DNA from: an uncultured Armatimonadia bacterium
Lineage (GTDB): Bacteria > Armatimonadota > Zipacnadia > CAVVLO01
Length of the DNA: 64,000 bases
Direction: 5' to 3'
NCBI GenBank assembly: GCA_963749155.1
Contig: CAVVLO010000002.1
Span: 512,001-576,000 of the forward strand
Shown: positions 9,046 to 20,735 of the stretch, piece by piece
Position numbering within the stretch: position 1 is the first letter of the stretch
Layout of the letters: every line of letters starts with the position of its first letter
Made by a program: the position numbers and the translations under genes
The notes under the pieces: model-generated
The model's database searches: none
Told to the model about the DNA's origin: nothing
The model's input: the letters and a program-made list of their open reading frames with translations, nothing else

Positions 9046-12000
9046 CTACTCCGGATAGATTACCGCCAGGATGAACTGGTTCTGCCCCGTCACAGTCAGC
9101 ACCGACCTGGCCAGGAGGCGATTGTCCTGGCGCTCTGGAAGCACCCAAAGGCCCGTCCAGTCGCCGCCCTCTTCGCAGGTGAAAGCCCCTTGCTCTGCCT
9201 CCAGGTTGAACTGCACATACCCGTTGTCCAGCATCGCTTGCCGGCCAGGCAGCGGCGCCTCGCCGAAGTCACTGGGATCGACTTCGCTTGCCATCCAGGA
9301 GCAGCTTCGCCTTCGTATAGTCCACGAACCCGCCGGTGTGCATCCGCACGCCCAGCAGGCGGACTGACTTCAGCCCTGCCAGCGCCTGCGCGTCGGGCGC
9401 AGCCAACTCGGCGCCATATTCGATGCGGACTGGCACCTCATCGCGCACCAGCGCGGTGCGGGAGAGCTTCCAGCCAGGCGCCGGCTCGAAGCTCCACTCC
9501 AGCAGCACCCCCTCGGGCGTATGCCTGACCGAGACCAGCGTTGGAGCCGTAGTCGCCTCAAAGGTCCAATCAGGCCCTTCAATCTGGTCGGTTGCTGTGG
9601 TCAAGGTCTCGAACAGGTCGGGATGGTCGCCTGTATAGGCCCAGTTGACGTCCACCCCGTGGTTTACGCGAAACTGCGCCAGGATGACTGGCCCGCGCAT
9701 CACCATTACACAGCGCGCCGGCTGCTCAGGCCCACCATCGAGGCTGACCTGGCCCTCGGGCAGCGTGTCCCAGGCGTTGTCCAGCACCACCCGCAGGGGC
9801 AAGAGGAAGTCTGCCTCCACCCCATCGCCATGTTGCCAGCGGCGTTCCACCGTTGCATAACCATCGGCCTGGCTTACCGCCACCGGCTTGCCGTTTACCT
9901 TCGCGCTGACGAGGCCCGCCCAACTGGGCAACCGCAGCTTGACCGCGAACTCGCCGGCCTTCTCCGGGTCAATTCTCAGCTTCACCTGACCACTGGCGCG
10001 GCAGGTTGGCCTCGAGGCTGGCTTTCACCTGTTGCCCCGCGATGGGCAGAGTGACGCTGCTTGGCAGATAGTCGTTCACGTAGAGAGCCGTGGGGGAGGA
10101 CGCCCAGATATGCCTGGCTACTTCGTACAGTCCCTTGGTACCCCACCAGCCGCAGCAGAACCACCCATCGCCCCCGCGAACGGGCCCGGGCAGGCGATCC
10201 ATCGCGGTGAAGTTGCCATAATGATATTGGCTGTAGCGCAGGGCGTTCCAGTAGATATGCTCGGCCCGGTCGAAGAAACGTCCCTCGAGCGTGTTCTCGG
10301 CAAGCAGCAGCGACAGCATAAGCTCATCGGCGGTCTGGCAGGTCTCATCATGGGGGTCGGGCGTTCCCCCCGGGAAGGCTGTGCCGCGCCAGGGGATCTG
10401 CTCCAGCACGGCGCCGAAGCCCCAGGTGGCGCGATCCCAGACCCGGTCGCAGGCGGCGATGGCATCGTCGAGATAGCTCTTGTCGCCTGTTGCGGCGGCA
10501 AGCCAGACGAAGCCTCTGACCGTCGAGAGGTTAGCGTGGATATGCCAGCCCTCGTACTGCTGGCGCTCGGGGGGCAGGTCGCCATGGATCATCCAGGCCA
10601 CCCCGCCCCACTCGCGATTCAACTCGGCGATCTGTTTGGCTCTTTCAAGGAAGCGCGGCTCCTTGGTGCGCCACCAGAGCCACACCATCGCCTCGAGCGA
10701 ACCCTTACCCAGGTGGCCCACCGTTGCGCCTTCGCGGGAGAACTCTGCCCTCTCGCTGAAGTAGTTAGCCGCCCCCAGGTCGCCGTTGTCGAGGTAATAT
10801 TGATACCAGTCGGCGATGCCCTTGGCCGTCTCCAGCGCCTGCTCATCGCCGGTCAGGTCGTAGTATTCCATCAGCCCTGTGAAGACGGTCGATTGCCCCC
10901 AGATGAAGCCTGTGCGCACGGGGTCGCCGCCTACGAGAGAGCCGGGATACTTGCTCGTGAACTCCTGTTGGGCCCCCAGTGCATCTGCGGTCACTTTAAG
11001 GTCGAGGGCCACCTTCATCAGGCGGGAGAGCTTGCTGTAGGTGTCCAAATCGCGCCCGGCGGTCTCGTAGCCGCAGTCGGGCAGATGCCCGGCAACCAGT
11101 TGCTGGTCGCGCCCGTTGAAGGCCCACCTGTCCATATGGGTGCGGATACGCCCCTCCAGCTCGCCCTTGAGGGTCAGCTCCCAGGGGTCGGGTGGCTGAG
11201 GCCAGTCTCCAGCGTCAGCAAGCCTGACTGGCCTGGGTGGCAGAGCCGGTCGGGTAGATTCGGGCAAAGGCGGATAACCGATATGCCCCTTTCCATACTG
11301 CTCGTGTCCAGCCCCTACCCAGTAGAGGGGCGCCACGTCGTAGTCATCCCCCTGACGAACCAGGCGCGCGGGGTCGGCACTTGCGGCGTCTTCGGCACGG
11401 AAGACCCACACCTGATTGATCAGCGCGGTGTTATCGAAAAGTATGTTGGTATCGCTCGCCACGACCTCGAGCCAGCCGTCGCGGTTGAGGTCCTCGCGCC
11501 TGGTAGACACGCACGAAGGGGCGTTTGGGTCCCTGTGCATCGGTGGATTCGACCGCCACGTCGAAGTGATCCACAATCCGGCCATCGAGCACGACCTTCT
11601 GGACGCGCTTGCCAGGCTCAGTGTCGGCGTCATAGAAGCCAATTGCCACTGCGAACTTGCCGCCCCTGGGCACCGCAAAGTGGTAGCCGGCAGCCGCTCC
11701 TCCCCACCAGCCCATCATCGCCCAGGCGAAGCCGCTATCATAGCCCTCCGGCGGAGGCGCGCCGCGGGTGGGACTGCCTGTGCCGCGCGTATAGAAGTAG
11801 GTCCAGCCGTCCGGCCTGGCCAGCACCGGCGCCCGCTCGGCCTTCTCTCGCTGCGCAGCCGTGATCGGCTGGCCTGCCTTCACAAAATAGGGGGCCGGCT
11901 GGCTTGCGAGGTCGGGCACAGGCTGGGCCGACCCGATGAGGAACTCACTTGGCTTCAGCACCTGAGGTGTGAAACGGAATTCGTCCATATCGCCCGTGAA

Positions 12001-12642
12001 AGGTAGTTCTCCACCTGGATATGACCCGATAAAGAGATCGGTGTCGCTGGTCTGACCGAGGGCATCCCACACCGCTGAGGCGCGCAGATTGCCGTTAACA
12101 TAGGCCTTCACGCGCATCTTGCCCTCGCCGATAGCCTCATACGTCGCCGCGAGATGATACCAGACACCCGGCAGCGGCCCGCCGCTGGCCTGATCGAAAA
12201 GATAGATGAAAGGCCCGCCGTAGATGTTCGCCTGCACCGTGCCGTCGCGTTGGTAGATGAAATGCCAGTTGCCCGCGCCAGGCTTGCCCTTTGAGGCGAG
12301 GATCTGGCCCGGTGACCCCGCGAACCGCGCCCAGAACTCGACCGTGAAGTGTTCGTGCTCGCTCAGCTCGGGGGTAGAGGCGACCTGCAGCCAGCCCTTG
12401 CCGCCGAAGTGGAGGGCCGAATGGTTGGGCGCCTGATTCAGCGGCAGCAGCGCAAGGGGCACTTCCTCGATGAAAGTCGGTGGTTCTCCGTTCGCGACGG
12501 CGACTGGGACCCCGGCTTCCCCTGGGGTAGCTATGACCTGCTGGCCAGCGCTGCCCCCCTCGAACCGCCACCAGGCGGCAAAGCTCTGCGAAGCCAGCAA
12601 TATCAACAGGCCAAATACGGCCAAAATCAAGCGCAGGTCCAT
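9046..12642 (-). CDS. Secreted multidomain protein: LamG, malectin-like domain, GH127-like (beta-L-arabinofuranosidase family) catalytic and C-terminal domains; frameshifts near 11490, 9990, 9290
   Basis: GGAGG RBS then signal peptide MDLRLILAVFGLLILLASQSFA. LamG motifs FTVEFW, WYHLAATY, FTGDMDEFR. GH127 Zn/Cys motifs HDETC and WFCC; LRLPSWA...VNGK...ERRWQHGD middle domain. Four ORF-track pieces abut in order. Confidence 0.75.
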
Positions 12643-12661
12643 CGGAACCTCCCTGGTCTTT

Positions 12662-14080
12662 TCAAACGAAATCTGGATAACGCTGGGCAAGCGCGGTCAG
12701 CAACTGTTCGAAGCCTTGCGCGCGCGCGCTCAAGACCAGTTCCCGGAAGAAGGTCTCAGGAGGCAAGCTTGCGTCAGGCGCCTCACCTATACGCCACAGC
12801 TCTGCAGCCTGACGCATCGCGGCCGCGCCAACTCTCGGGTCGGCTTTCCCGTCAGGCCCCTTGATTGAGTTGATCGCCGAGCCTGCCAGGAACAACACAG
12901 GATTGCCTGCCAGGTGGCTTGCGACGTCCTCCAGATTATGGATGATGTTGCCCTGGTCCAGCCCGCCCGCGCGCGTCACCATCACAGGTTTGATGCCCTT
13001 GATTGGCCGCGTCAGCACCTCTTCCGACTTGCGCCACTCGAGTCCCTGAGGCCGCAGCAGCGGGTGACCAAGAGCCAGGGGCGCCGTCTGGCGGAAATCG
13101 ATGCCATCCAGCCGGGCCAGCAGGTCCAGCACCTCGCGCCAGATAGCCAGTGTGCGCGCGTCTATGCCGCCGTTGTGGCCGTAGATGACGGGGGGCTCGG
13201 GCAGGTGTTTCGTGTGGTCGCGCACCAGGCGAGTGGCCCCGCCTAAATATTGCTCCGAGAACATAACGCCCGTCGCGCCCGCTTCGAGCACCTCGTCCAG
13301 CACCGCAAGCAGCCTGTCCGGTGGCGCGGTGATGTGGGGGCAGAAGAGCAAACCGCGCCCCTCGCGCTCGGGCAGTGCCCTCTCGACGGCCTGTGCCGCA
13401 AGCCTCGCCCGCTGGCCTGCTGGGCTGTATGGCAGGTCGGGGAAGAGATTCTCGTCCTCCTTTACAAAGAGGAAAAGTGACTGCTGAGCAGCTGCCTCTA
13501 CAAGATCGGCAACCTCCTCTGGCGTGATGCCCGCTGTCGGCTTGAGGATAGTGCCAAAAGCAGGCTCTCCCGCCGGCCAGTTGGTGCGCTGAACTACACC
13601 ATGACAGCCATAGGCCGGCCCTGGGAAGCCCTCTATCACCGACTGCGGCAGGTTGAGGTCCAGCAGTTTTGCCTCCGCGAAATCCCAAAGCGCGAGGATG
13701 CCTGCTCCTGCCGCAATATGCAGCAGGTCGGTCGAATAATAAGTCCCATCGGCCCGCTCGAACTGCTTCACTGGGAAAGCTACCCGTACCAGCCCTACCT
13801 TGTGCTGGGTGTCCCAGGCGCGCACGCCGGCGACCCAGCCAGTGCACTGGGCGACCAGCGAGCCGGGCTCGGGGTGCTTGGTGGCAGAGGTCATATGGTA
13901 CGAGATGGCCTCTCCCGCCTCGGTCAGATTGCCATATCGGGCGCGGATGAAATAAGTTGCCACGATGGCGGTCTCATCTTCCGGCACGTTGGCCCAAAAA
14001 TCCGCCTCATCGTATACGCGCCGGCGCAGCTCCGCCTCGCGCTTGTCCAAATCAAGCTCAAATAGCTCCATATCATCCAT
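12662..14080 (-). CDS. RuBisCO-like protein (form IV, RLP)
   Basis: RuBisCO large-subunit landmarks FPGPAYG, GTILKP, FVKEDENL (KDDE equivalent), YGHNGG and AGG; several carboxylase residues are replaced. Confidence 0.85.
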   Translation of the reverse strand: MDDMELFELDLDKREAELRRRVYDEADFWANVPEDETAIVATYFIRARYGNLTEAGEAISYHMTSATKHPEPGSLVAQCTGWVAGVRAWDTQHKVGLVRVAFPVKQFERADGTYYSTDLLHIAAGAGILALWDFAEAKLLDLNLPQSVIEGFPGPAYGCHGVVQRTNWPAGEPAFGTILKPTAGITPEEVADLVEAAAQQSLFLFVKEDENLFPDLPYSPAGQRARLAAQAVERALPEREGRGLLFCPHITAPPDRLLAVLDEVLEAGATGVMFSEQYLGGATRLVRDHTKHLPEPPVIYGHNGGIDARTLAIWREVLDLLARLDGIDFRQTAPLALGHPLLRPQGLEWRKSEEVLTRPIKGIKPVMVTRAGGLDQGNIIHNLEDVASHLAGNPVLFLAGSAINSIKGPDGKADPRVGAAAMRQAAELWRIGEAPDASLPPETFFRELVLSARAQGFEQLLTALAQRYPDFV

Positions 14081-14104
14081 CTCGTAACCTCTTCCCCTCT
14101 ACGT

Positions 14105-14896
14105 TCAGGCTAACAGCAGATCGATTCCAAGCTCGTCCAGCACCACTTTTGCCTCTGGTGAAGGTGCAGCATCAGAGATCAGCACATCAACATCGGAAAG
14201 CGGGATGGTCCCATGCAGTGAGGACTTGTCAAATTTACCTGCATCGGCTACCAGCAGCACCTGCTCGGCACAGGCGATGGCAGCGCGTTTCATTGGCACT
14301 TCTTCCGCTGCGGACAGCGTCAGCGCCCTGCCCTGGAAATCAATTCCGGCGGTACCCAGTACCAGCTTGCGGCAGCGGAAACCGCGGATGGCCTCCTCCG
14401 CCTGATAACCCACCATCGAGTGAGTGTGTCGCAGGTACTGGCCTCCAATGAGGAACAGATTGATGCCAAGCGAACTCTTGAGCGCCTCGACTACTTCAAG
14501 AGAGTGCGTGACTACTGAGAGATGCCGCCGGTTGGCAATCTCCCTGGCGACCATCAGGGCGGTAGTGCCAGCGTCCAGATAGACGGTATCGCCTTCGTAG
14601 AGGAGCCTGGCCACTCTGCGGGCGATGCGTTGTTTGACCTCAAGGTGGTAGTTCATACGCAAGCTGAAGTCCAGCTCGGCGCCGACGGGCGCCTGGCGGG
14701 GATACGCGCCTCCGTGAGAGCGACGCAAAAGTCCTGCTCGCTCGAGCCTATCCAGGTCGCGCCTGATGGTGACCAGATTCACCTTCAGTTCTTCGCTCAG
14801 CTTTGACACATCTACGTAACCATCTGCCAGTAATAACTCGCAGATGCGATCGCGTCTTCTGATGCCACCTAGACCCCGGTTGCTCACTTGACTCAC
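14105..14896 (-). CDS. DeoR/GlpR family transcriptional regulator
   Basis: HTH VNLVTIRRDLDRLERAGLLRRSHGGA; sensor domain YLDAGTT, VVTHS, LVADAGKF. The start may be GTG 14887. Confidence 0.92.
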   Translation of the reverse strand: MSQVSNRGLGGIRRRDRICELLLADGYVDVSKLSEELKVNLVTIRRDLDRLERAGLLRRSHGGAYPRQAPVGAELDFSLRMNYHLEVKQRIARRVARLLYEGDTVYLDAGTTALMVAREIANRRHLSVVTHSLEVVEALKSSLGINLFLIGGQYLRHTHSMVGYQAEEAIRGFRCRKLVLGTAGIDFQGRALTLSAAEEVPMKRAAIACAEQVLLVADAGKFDKSSLHGTIPLSDVDVLISDAAPSPEAKVVLDELGIDLLLA

Positions 14897-14900
14897 CCGC

Positions 14901-14940
14901 GCACGAATTTCGCACCAATCGTGCAGGAATCCTGCACGAA
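14901..14940. promoter_or_regulatory. Candidate DeoR operator: four heptamers at 11-bp spacing containing a perfect palindrome
   Basis: GCACGAA (14901), GCACCAA (14912), GCAGGAA (14923), GCACGAA (14934); inverted repeat TCGTGCAGGA-A-TCCTGCACGA at 14919-14939. Confidence 0.7.
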
Positions 14941-14944
14941 CGAT

Positions 14945-14973
14945 AGTATATTCTGCTCGTTATCTTCTCTCAA
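14945..14973 (-). promoter_or_regulatory. Putative sigma70 promoter of the deoR-RLP operon
   Basis: Minus strand TTGAGA (14973-14968), 17-nt spacer, TATACT (14950-14945). The predicted start (~14938) falls inside the operator. Confidence 0.6.
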
Positions 14974-15010
14974 GCGGCAAGGCTACAAATTGACGGTGAA
15001 GGTGAGCAGG

Positions 15011-18000
15011 ATGCAACCAGGAGCACTTGTGCTTGTTCTGATTATGTTGTTGATGATTGCTGGTCTGGCTCGAAGTTCAGGGCAGGCGCCGATCCAGGAG
15101 GGCCTGGTGTTGTATCTTGATGCGGCATCTCAGGTCGCAAAAGGTGGGCCAGGCGCTGACAATTCTCTTTGGACAAATCTGGCTACCGGCAATCCAGGCG
15201 CCCTGGGCGATGCTGTGCTGAGGCGCGCAGGGGAAGGCCCAAAGGCCGGTTGGATAGGCACTGGCACAAGCTGGAATCCCTATGCCCTCAGGTTCGATGC
15301 GGCCACCCTCTGGGCAGAGGGCACTGGCGACTATACGGTCTTCCCAAATGTGACCCTCGAGGCCTGGGCCTTTGTCGAGGGAGCGGGCAACAACCTGAAA
15401 GCCGGCGCGCGCAACTGGCGCGGAGCGACTCTGGTCACCAGTGATTTTGGCCAGGGCGGGCTGGGATTGCTCATCTCACCCGAACGAAGCCAACCGGTGC
15501 TGCTCGGAGGCCGTCAGCATGTGCCGTCCGCGGTTTCGACGCCACTAAGGACCTGGCTCCATATCGTGCTTGCAATGACTGGAGATGAGGGGCGCCTGTA
15601 TGTGAACGGCGAACCCCAAGGCAGCGTTAATCTGCCGCGTTCGGCCTATAACGACCCTGCGCCGGGCTATCTGCTGGGCTGCGCGCGTCAGGCGAAGAAC
15701 GAGTATGTAGAGGCCGACGGGCTGGAGGGCGCCCTCGCCGTGGTGCGCGTCTACGACAGAGCACTGTCAGGCAAAGAAATCGCCCAGTGTTTTGCGGCCG
15801 AGTGCGCCCAGTTTGGAGTGGAGGCCGCCTCTGAAAAGCCGCCTGTCCTTGCCTCTCGACTGCCTTCCTTGCCAGGCCTTGCGCCCGCTGCGCCGGCTCG
15901 CGCGGTAAAGTGGGATTACTATGCGGAGCCACCTGCCGTAAGCGGCACCTGCCATACCCGACTACCCCGGCATCGCCCGTAACGCGCGCCAGGCTTTCGA
16001 TGGCTATCCTCAGCGGCTGGATCAGGCAGCTTCGAGCACCCACTGGGAGGCCGACCTCACCAAGGGCCCGGCTGTCGCGACCATCAACTACAAGCGGCAG
16101 GTGGCGATAACGCGCTTCGTGCATATCCCGATGTATCATCGCTGCTTTCGAGACGTGGATATCGAAACCAGTGAGGACGGCGAGACCTGGCGCCTCTTGC
16201 AACGCTTCGAGGGTCTTTCCCTCGAGCCCGCTCAGGTGCTGGGCATCGACAAGCCCGTCCTCTCGCGCTTCTACCGGCTGGTCGTGAAGGCGCTGACCAG
16301 TGGCACCCAGTTGATGACCCAAGAGATCGAGACCTGGTACGGCGCAACCCTCGGCAACGTGACCTCCATCGCGCCGCTTGTGCAGTCGGAAGCCGGCCAT
16401 ATCCAGGTGCGCATTGCAAGTAATGATGCGCCACTGGAAGGCGCCCGGGTGCGCCTCATCGCGCCAGCCGGGACACTGGAAGGCCCACTGGAAACTGCTC
16501 TCCCCTCCCTCAAAGCCGGCGGTATCGCAGTCGCAAACTTCGCGCTGACGCCGCTTGCCTGTGGCCCAGTAGCGCTGCAGGTTCAGTTATTGGCCGGTGA
16601 GGCAGTGATTGATGAGGAACCAGCCACCTTGCAGGTTGCGTCCAAGCTTGCCCTCTCTGGTGCGGACCTCTCCTGTGTTGTGGCTGAAGCCGGGCAGCAG
16701 GTGAAGCTCGCTGGCACGGTAACCAACGCAGGCACGACGCCTGCCCTCGTGGCGAAGGTAAAATGGCTCGGTAAGACCGCGAAACTCGGAGACTTGCCGC
16801 CTGGCGCGACGACTGACTTCTCACTGACTGCGACGGCAAAACCTGGCTTCGAGGCGGGGACCCTGGTCCTCAGAGCCGAAGGCCAGACGGAGACTGTTCT
16901 GTGCAAGCCGGTCCTCTGTGCGAAGGAAGCCAGCTTTGCCTTGATTACACCCACTGTCACCTCGGATTGGAAGCTTGCCGAGGGAGCAGTCCGTTTCGAG
17001 CTCTGGCGCGACGATGACACTCACGTCAACGGTTCTCTGCGATTGCTGACCGGCGGCCAGCAAGTGCCTCTGGTGCCCGTCGGGAAGGTCGACGGCGCGC
17101 CCGCGCTTGCGGCGCCGGTGCCCGGAGCGACGCTCTTGCTGCGCCTGGTCACCTCAGGCTACGACGTCTGCTGGCAAGCCCAACTCTTCCCAAGCGATCC
17201 TAATCCGACGACTCCGCCCATTTCTGACTTTGAACTACGCCTCTCCGTCGATAAACCGAAAGTGATGTTCCGTCCGCATATAGACTGGTACACCGTCGAG
17301 GAAGGCCCCAACTATCCGGCCCTTAGCAATGGGCACAACAGCGCCACCCGGATGCTGGCCGTCGAGACCGATTCGGGCACGTTATCTCTTGTGCCCGACA
17401 CCGACAATATGACCTGGGGCTTCTCCCCGGAAAACGAGCTGACCATCGCCTTCCACACGCCCCTGACCCCGCCCGATGCGCTGGGACGAGACCTCTGGGG
17501 GCCAATTGAGGAAAGCCCTCTGGCCTTCCTATTGCGCCTGCCACTCACTGCCGGCGACTGGTGGGAAGCCTATCGGTACGTAGTGAAGGATGTTTTCGCC
17601 TTCGAGCAACCGAGGCAGTGGGCGCTGCCTGTTACCCAGATGCAACTGCTGACGACGCGTTATTCGATGCGGCCAGAGGTGTGGAGCGAGAAGTACCGGA
17701 TGGTGCGCTCGCACCCAGGGATAGACTTCTTCTACAACTTCTACGGAGTCACCTACAACATCCCGGCTCTCTACGGCTGGTATCTGGTGACCGATGACTC
17801 TTCGGCGAAAGCTCTGGCGGAGCGCGAAGTCGAGTGGTTGCTAGAGTTGCAGGAGCAGGAAGGCCCCCTCGCCGGAGCCTGGTTCTCGATGTACTGCGTC
17901 GACCCGACTACCCCTAGCGGCCTCATCGGCCTCGACCAGGCCTGGAATCGCTGGTGCCTGCCGCATGCGACCGGCACGACGGTCAAGACATTGTTGTGGT

Positions 18001-19190
18001 ACTGGGAAGCCAGCGGCAAGCGCAACAGCGAGGTGTTCGCCGCCGCCGTGCGAGGGGCAGAATGGCTGCTTGCGACCCAGCGGCCGGATGGCGCGTGGAC
18101 GTATGCCTTCGACCTCGAAGGCAAGCCTGTCTCAGAGCAAAGCGGCGCGGGGCAAATTTGGTGCACCTGGGCGCTGTGGAAACTATGGGAATACACCGGC
18201 GAGGAGCGCTACAAGCTGGCTGCCCAGCGCAGCCGCGACGCCTTCAAGCGCGACTTTATGGACCAGCATCGCTATATGGGCTACTGGGAGGACGTCTCAG
18301 GCGCTGGGGGTAGTGTCGCGCGCAGTTGGGAGGCTTACGAGCCTGCCATCGCTTGCCTGGTGTTCGCCGAGATGGGCGATAACGACCTGGCGCTCTGGTG
18401 CGCCAAGGATGCCGCCACCTGGAGCTGGACTCGCGTCACCACTACGCGCCAGCCTGAGACCTCCCTCGGGGAGACTACCGAGCAGTCGCTGTGCGGGCCC
18501 TCTCAGGCGCAAAGCCCGATGACCGCGGTGGGGATGCAGCGTCTCTTCGAGCTGACCGGCGATCCGATCTGGCAGGATTTCGCCGGTGCGATGAAGGCAG
18601 TTAACTTCTCTGCCGATCCCGACCAGGCGTATGGGATGGTCGCCACCAGCGGTTGGGGCGACCCGCTGCACGGGGTTGCCAGTCCGCCCTACGAAAATTA
18701 CAAGCCCTTCATCACACCCAACAACAGTCTGGGCGATGAATACGGCCGGCAGGTATGGAACAACTGGTGCACCGACCAGTTCGCCTGGCTTGCGCTCGAA
18801 TGGCTGGTGCGAGAGGGTAATCTCCGCGCCCCGAATCACTTCTCACTGGACATCAATACCTACCGTGGGACGGTGCTTGGGCAGCCCGGACGCGTCCGGA
18901 TGCCCGAGGAGAAGTGCGATGTGACGCCGATCGACCACCTGGACATCAACTGGGTGGGGTACGAGAACGCCGATCATTACGTCCTGCTGGTGATTAACCA
19001 CAAGGAGCAGGTCACGGTGGCTGTCCGCCCGCATGAGGCGCATCTAGGTTGTTATTCGCGCCCGCCTCAAGTGGCAATCGGAGCAGGCCAGGAGTGGCAA
19101 GCAACCCCGACCGACCAGCGAGGGTTGCAGTATTTTGTGACTATCCCTATCGGACAGAACGCCTTGTTCGTGTGGGACAAAATCAAGTAG
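15011..19190 (+). CDS. Large secreted protein A: LamG, discoidin/F5-8-like, Ig/CARDB-like and helical (alpha/alpha)-barrel-like domains; frameshift region ~15950-16100
   Basis: Signal peptide MQPGALVLVLIMLLMIAGLARS; GLVLYLDAA...VRVYDRALS (LamG); ETSEDGETW (discoidin-like); WLLATQRPDGAW and LWEYTGEERY helical repeats. Collinear with paralogue B. Confidence 0.7.
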
Positions 19191-19203
19191 AGGAGAGCGA
19201 CTT

Positions 19204-19548
19204 ATGCAGATCGTCGAAAAGCCGTGGGGACGCGAGGTGTGGATCGCCCACACCGATAAATACGCCCTGAAAGAGATCACTGTGAACGAGGGGCATCGGT
19301 CCAGCCTGCAATATCACGTGAAGAAACACGAACACATCTACATCCTCAAGGGCAAGCTGCAAGTCGAGTGGGAGAACGAGGCCGGCGAGATGGAAATTCT
19401 GGTGCTGGGTCCCGGCGAGGTCATCGAGAACAAGCCTGGCCGCAAGCATCGCGTGACCGCGCTCGAGACAACAACAATGATAGAAGCCTCAACGCCCGAG
19501 CTGGATGACGTTGTCCGCGTGGCTGACGATTACCAGCGGGAGAACTAG
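19204..19548 (+). CDS. Cupin-domain protein (mannose-6-phosphate-isomerase-like)
   Basis: EKPWGRE, SSLQYHVKKHEHIYIL, HRVTA, EASTPELDDVVRVADDYQR; GAGGAG RBS. Confidence 0.85.
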   Translation: MQIVEKPWGREVWIAHTDKYALKEITVNEGHRSSLQYHVKKHEHIYILKGKLQVEWENEAGEMEILVLGPGEVIENKPGRKHRVTALETTTMIEASTPELDDVVRVADDYQREN

Positions 19549-19550
19549 CG

Positions 19551-20715
19551 ATGGGCGCCAAAGTGGTGTTGTTCGGCGCTGGCGCGACGGGTCGAGGTCA
19601 TGTTGGCCTGCTGGCCTGGCAGGCCGGCTGTGAGCTGGTTTTCGTCGAGCGCGACCCCGAGCTGGTGCGGCTGCTCTCCGAGACCGGCCGGTATGTGGTG
19701 CATTACACTGGGCGCAACGCCGTGCCGGACATCGAAGTGACCGGCTTCCGCGTGCTGCAAAGCGACCAGCGGCAACCCATCGCCGAGGAGATCGCAAGCG
19801 CCGATTTGGTGCTGACTTCTGTCATCGAGAAGAACCTGCCTGACGTCGCTCTGACCATCGCGCTGGCGGTGAAGATGTGCCGCCAGGCTGGACGCACCCA
19901 GCCGCTCAACTGCGTGGCCTGCGAGAATATGCCGGACAGCTCCTCCCAGCTTGGCGGCCACGTGCGCGCGCTGCTTGAAGAGGGGGACCTTGATTACTCT
20001 GAGCGCGTGTTCGCCTTCCCCGATTGTATGATCAGTCGGGTGGTGCCGAAGCCCGAACCAGACCCGCTGTTCATCACGACGGAGAACTACAACGAGTGGA
20101 CTGTCCGGGCCGAAGTTTTCAAAGGTCAAAAGCCTGAAGGCCTCGACGCAATGGAGCTGGTCACCAACCAGACCGCCCGTCTGGAGCGCAAGCTCTTCAT
20201 CCACAACGGAGGGCATGCCATCTGCGGCTATCTGGGCTGGCACCGAGGGCATCGCTATATCCACGAGGCAGTCGCGGATCCGGTCGTGCTGGCGGGGGTC
20301 GTCGGCGCACTGAACGAACTCGGCGACGTCATCCTGCGCAAGTGGCCTGAGTTTTCGCGCGAGGAGATTGATGCTTACAAAGCGGAACTGGGTGAGCGCG
20401 GCGCCAACCCAGCGATGAAGGATCCCGTAGCGCGCGTTGTGCGCGATCCGCTACGCAAGCTTGCGCCAGGCGACCGGTCTGCTTGGCCCGACGGCTCTGG
20501 CGGCGGAATACGGCTTGCCTCACGCCTACCTGGCCCAGGGCATCGCGGCGGTGCTACGGTACTTCTCCCCCGAGGATGAGCAGTCGGTCCGGCTGCGCGC
20601 CCTGCTTGCCGAGAAGCCACTTCCCACCGTGCTGGAAGAGGTCTGCGGCGTGCCATCGGAAAGCCCCCTCTCGGCTGAGATCGCGGCAGCCTATGAGGCC
20701 TTCAATCTGACCTAG
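19551..20715 (+). CDS. mtlD: Mannitol-1-phosphate 5-dehydrogenase-like (long-chain polyol dehydrogenase); frameshift near 20480
   Basis: FGAGATGRG, VACEN, DCMISRVVP, ERKLFIHNGGHA, DPVARVVRDPLRKL match the MtlD family. The substrate is not established. Confidence 0.75.
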
Positions 20716-20735
20716 CTGTGCCTGGAGTGGAAATA

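Noticed and set aside
10032..11864. 610-aa plus-strand ORF and other long antisense ORFs (e.g. 2946-4007, 39443-40579, 61697-63145)
   Set aside because: They are shadows of well-supported genes on the opposite strand, expected in high-GC DNA, and carry no recognisable motifs.
12662..14080. True RuBisCO (rbcL/cbbM) and carbon fixation
   Set aside because: K177, R295, H327, K334 and S379 equivalents appear to be missing, and there is no rbcS, phosphoribulokinase or AMP-pathway gene in the window.
17800..18250. QxxDGxW motifs suggesting a squalene-hopene cyclase or prenyltransferase
   Set aside because: No DxDD motif is present, and the protein is secreted with lectin-like domains. The motif only indicates a generic alpha/alpha barrel.
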